From: an uncultured Synechococcus sp.
GTDB lineage: Bacteria > Cyanobacteriota > Cyanobacteriia > PCC-6307 > Cyanobiaceae
Length of the DNA stretch: 56,113 nucleotides
Assembly (NCBI GenBank): GCA_913061215.1
Contig: CAJXSQ010000001.1
Span: forward strand, 1-56,113
Reading direction: 5' to 3'
Within the stretch, counting starts at the first letter, position 1. Every line of letters starts with the position of its first letter. The translations under genes and the position numbers were made by a program. Below the pieces are notes generated by a model. It was given only the letters and a program-made list of their open reading frames with translations, did not search any database and was not told where the DNA came from. Shown here piece by piece: positions 55,896 to 56,113 of the stretch.

Positions 55896-56113
55896 TGGGG
55901 CAACCGATCACAGCCACGGCCACTCCCCTGCTCATCGGCATCGGCAACACCTTGCGCAGCGACGACGGCGCTGGGATTGCCGTGAGCGACGCCATGGCGA
56001 GGCAAGCGCCCCAGCTCAACGTGAGGCTGTGCCCGCAGCTCAGCCCTGAGCTCGCCGCAGAGATCAGCCAGGCCAGCGCTGTGCTGTTCATCGATGCCGT
56101 GGTCATCGATGCC
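55895..56113 (+). CDS. hoxW: Hydrogenase maturation protease HoxW (3'-truncated by the window)
   Basis: Manual translation MGQPITATATPLLIGIGNTLRSDDGAGIAV...QLSPELA..IS...VLFIDA; TGATG coupling to hoxH. Confidence 0.9.

Overview
High-GC (about 68-70% by eye), very gene-dense chromosomal segment of a picocyanobacterium, most likely Cyanobium/Vulcanococcus/Synechococcus subcluster 5.2-like. The assignment rests on psb27, CAB-domain ferrochelatase, EF-hand transaldolase, Tic22 and the gene order. About 60 CDS are supported. Most are core housekeeping genes: ppa (two copies), ClC, hemC, rpoD, priA, argB, ssb, cobK, purA, psb27, proS, lepB, ftsI, tal, frr, pyrH, cobO, hemH and ilvB. Three blocks look accessory. 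(i) The left end carries the tail of an acidic Ca-binding-like protein, a secreted disulfide-repeat microprotein coupled to a DCC1 thiol-oxidoreductase, a DUF2721-like protein and OsmC. (ii) A GT2-GtrA / ArnT-like / PAP2 surface-glycosylation cassette sits between rpoD and hemC. (iii) At the right end, PEP synthase is followed by a compact bidirectional [NiFe]-hydrogenase operon hoxEFUYHW; hoxW is truncated by the window and absent from the ORF track. I found no rRNA, tRNA, CRISPR array, IS element or prophage. I could not demonstrate a clearly new system. The best leads are a ClC with a nitrate-type Pro filter and no proton glutamate, an FtsL-like gene coupled to ftsI, the microprotein/DCC1 pair, an orphan XisA/XisC-like recombinase and the ppsA-hox block. 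Family assignments come from motif recognition only (no database search), and several start codons are best guesses.
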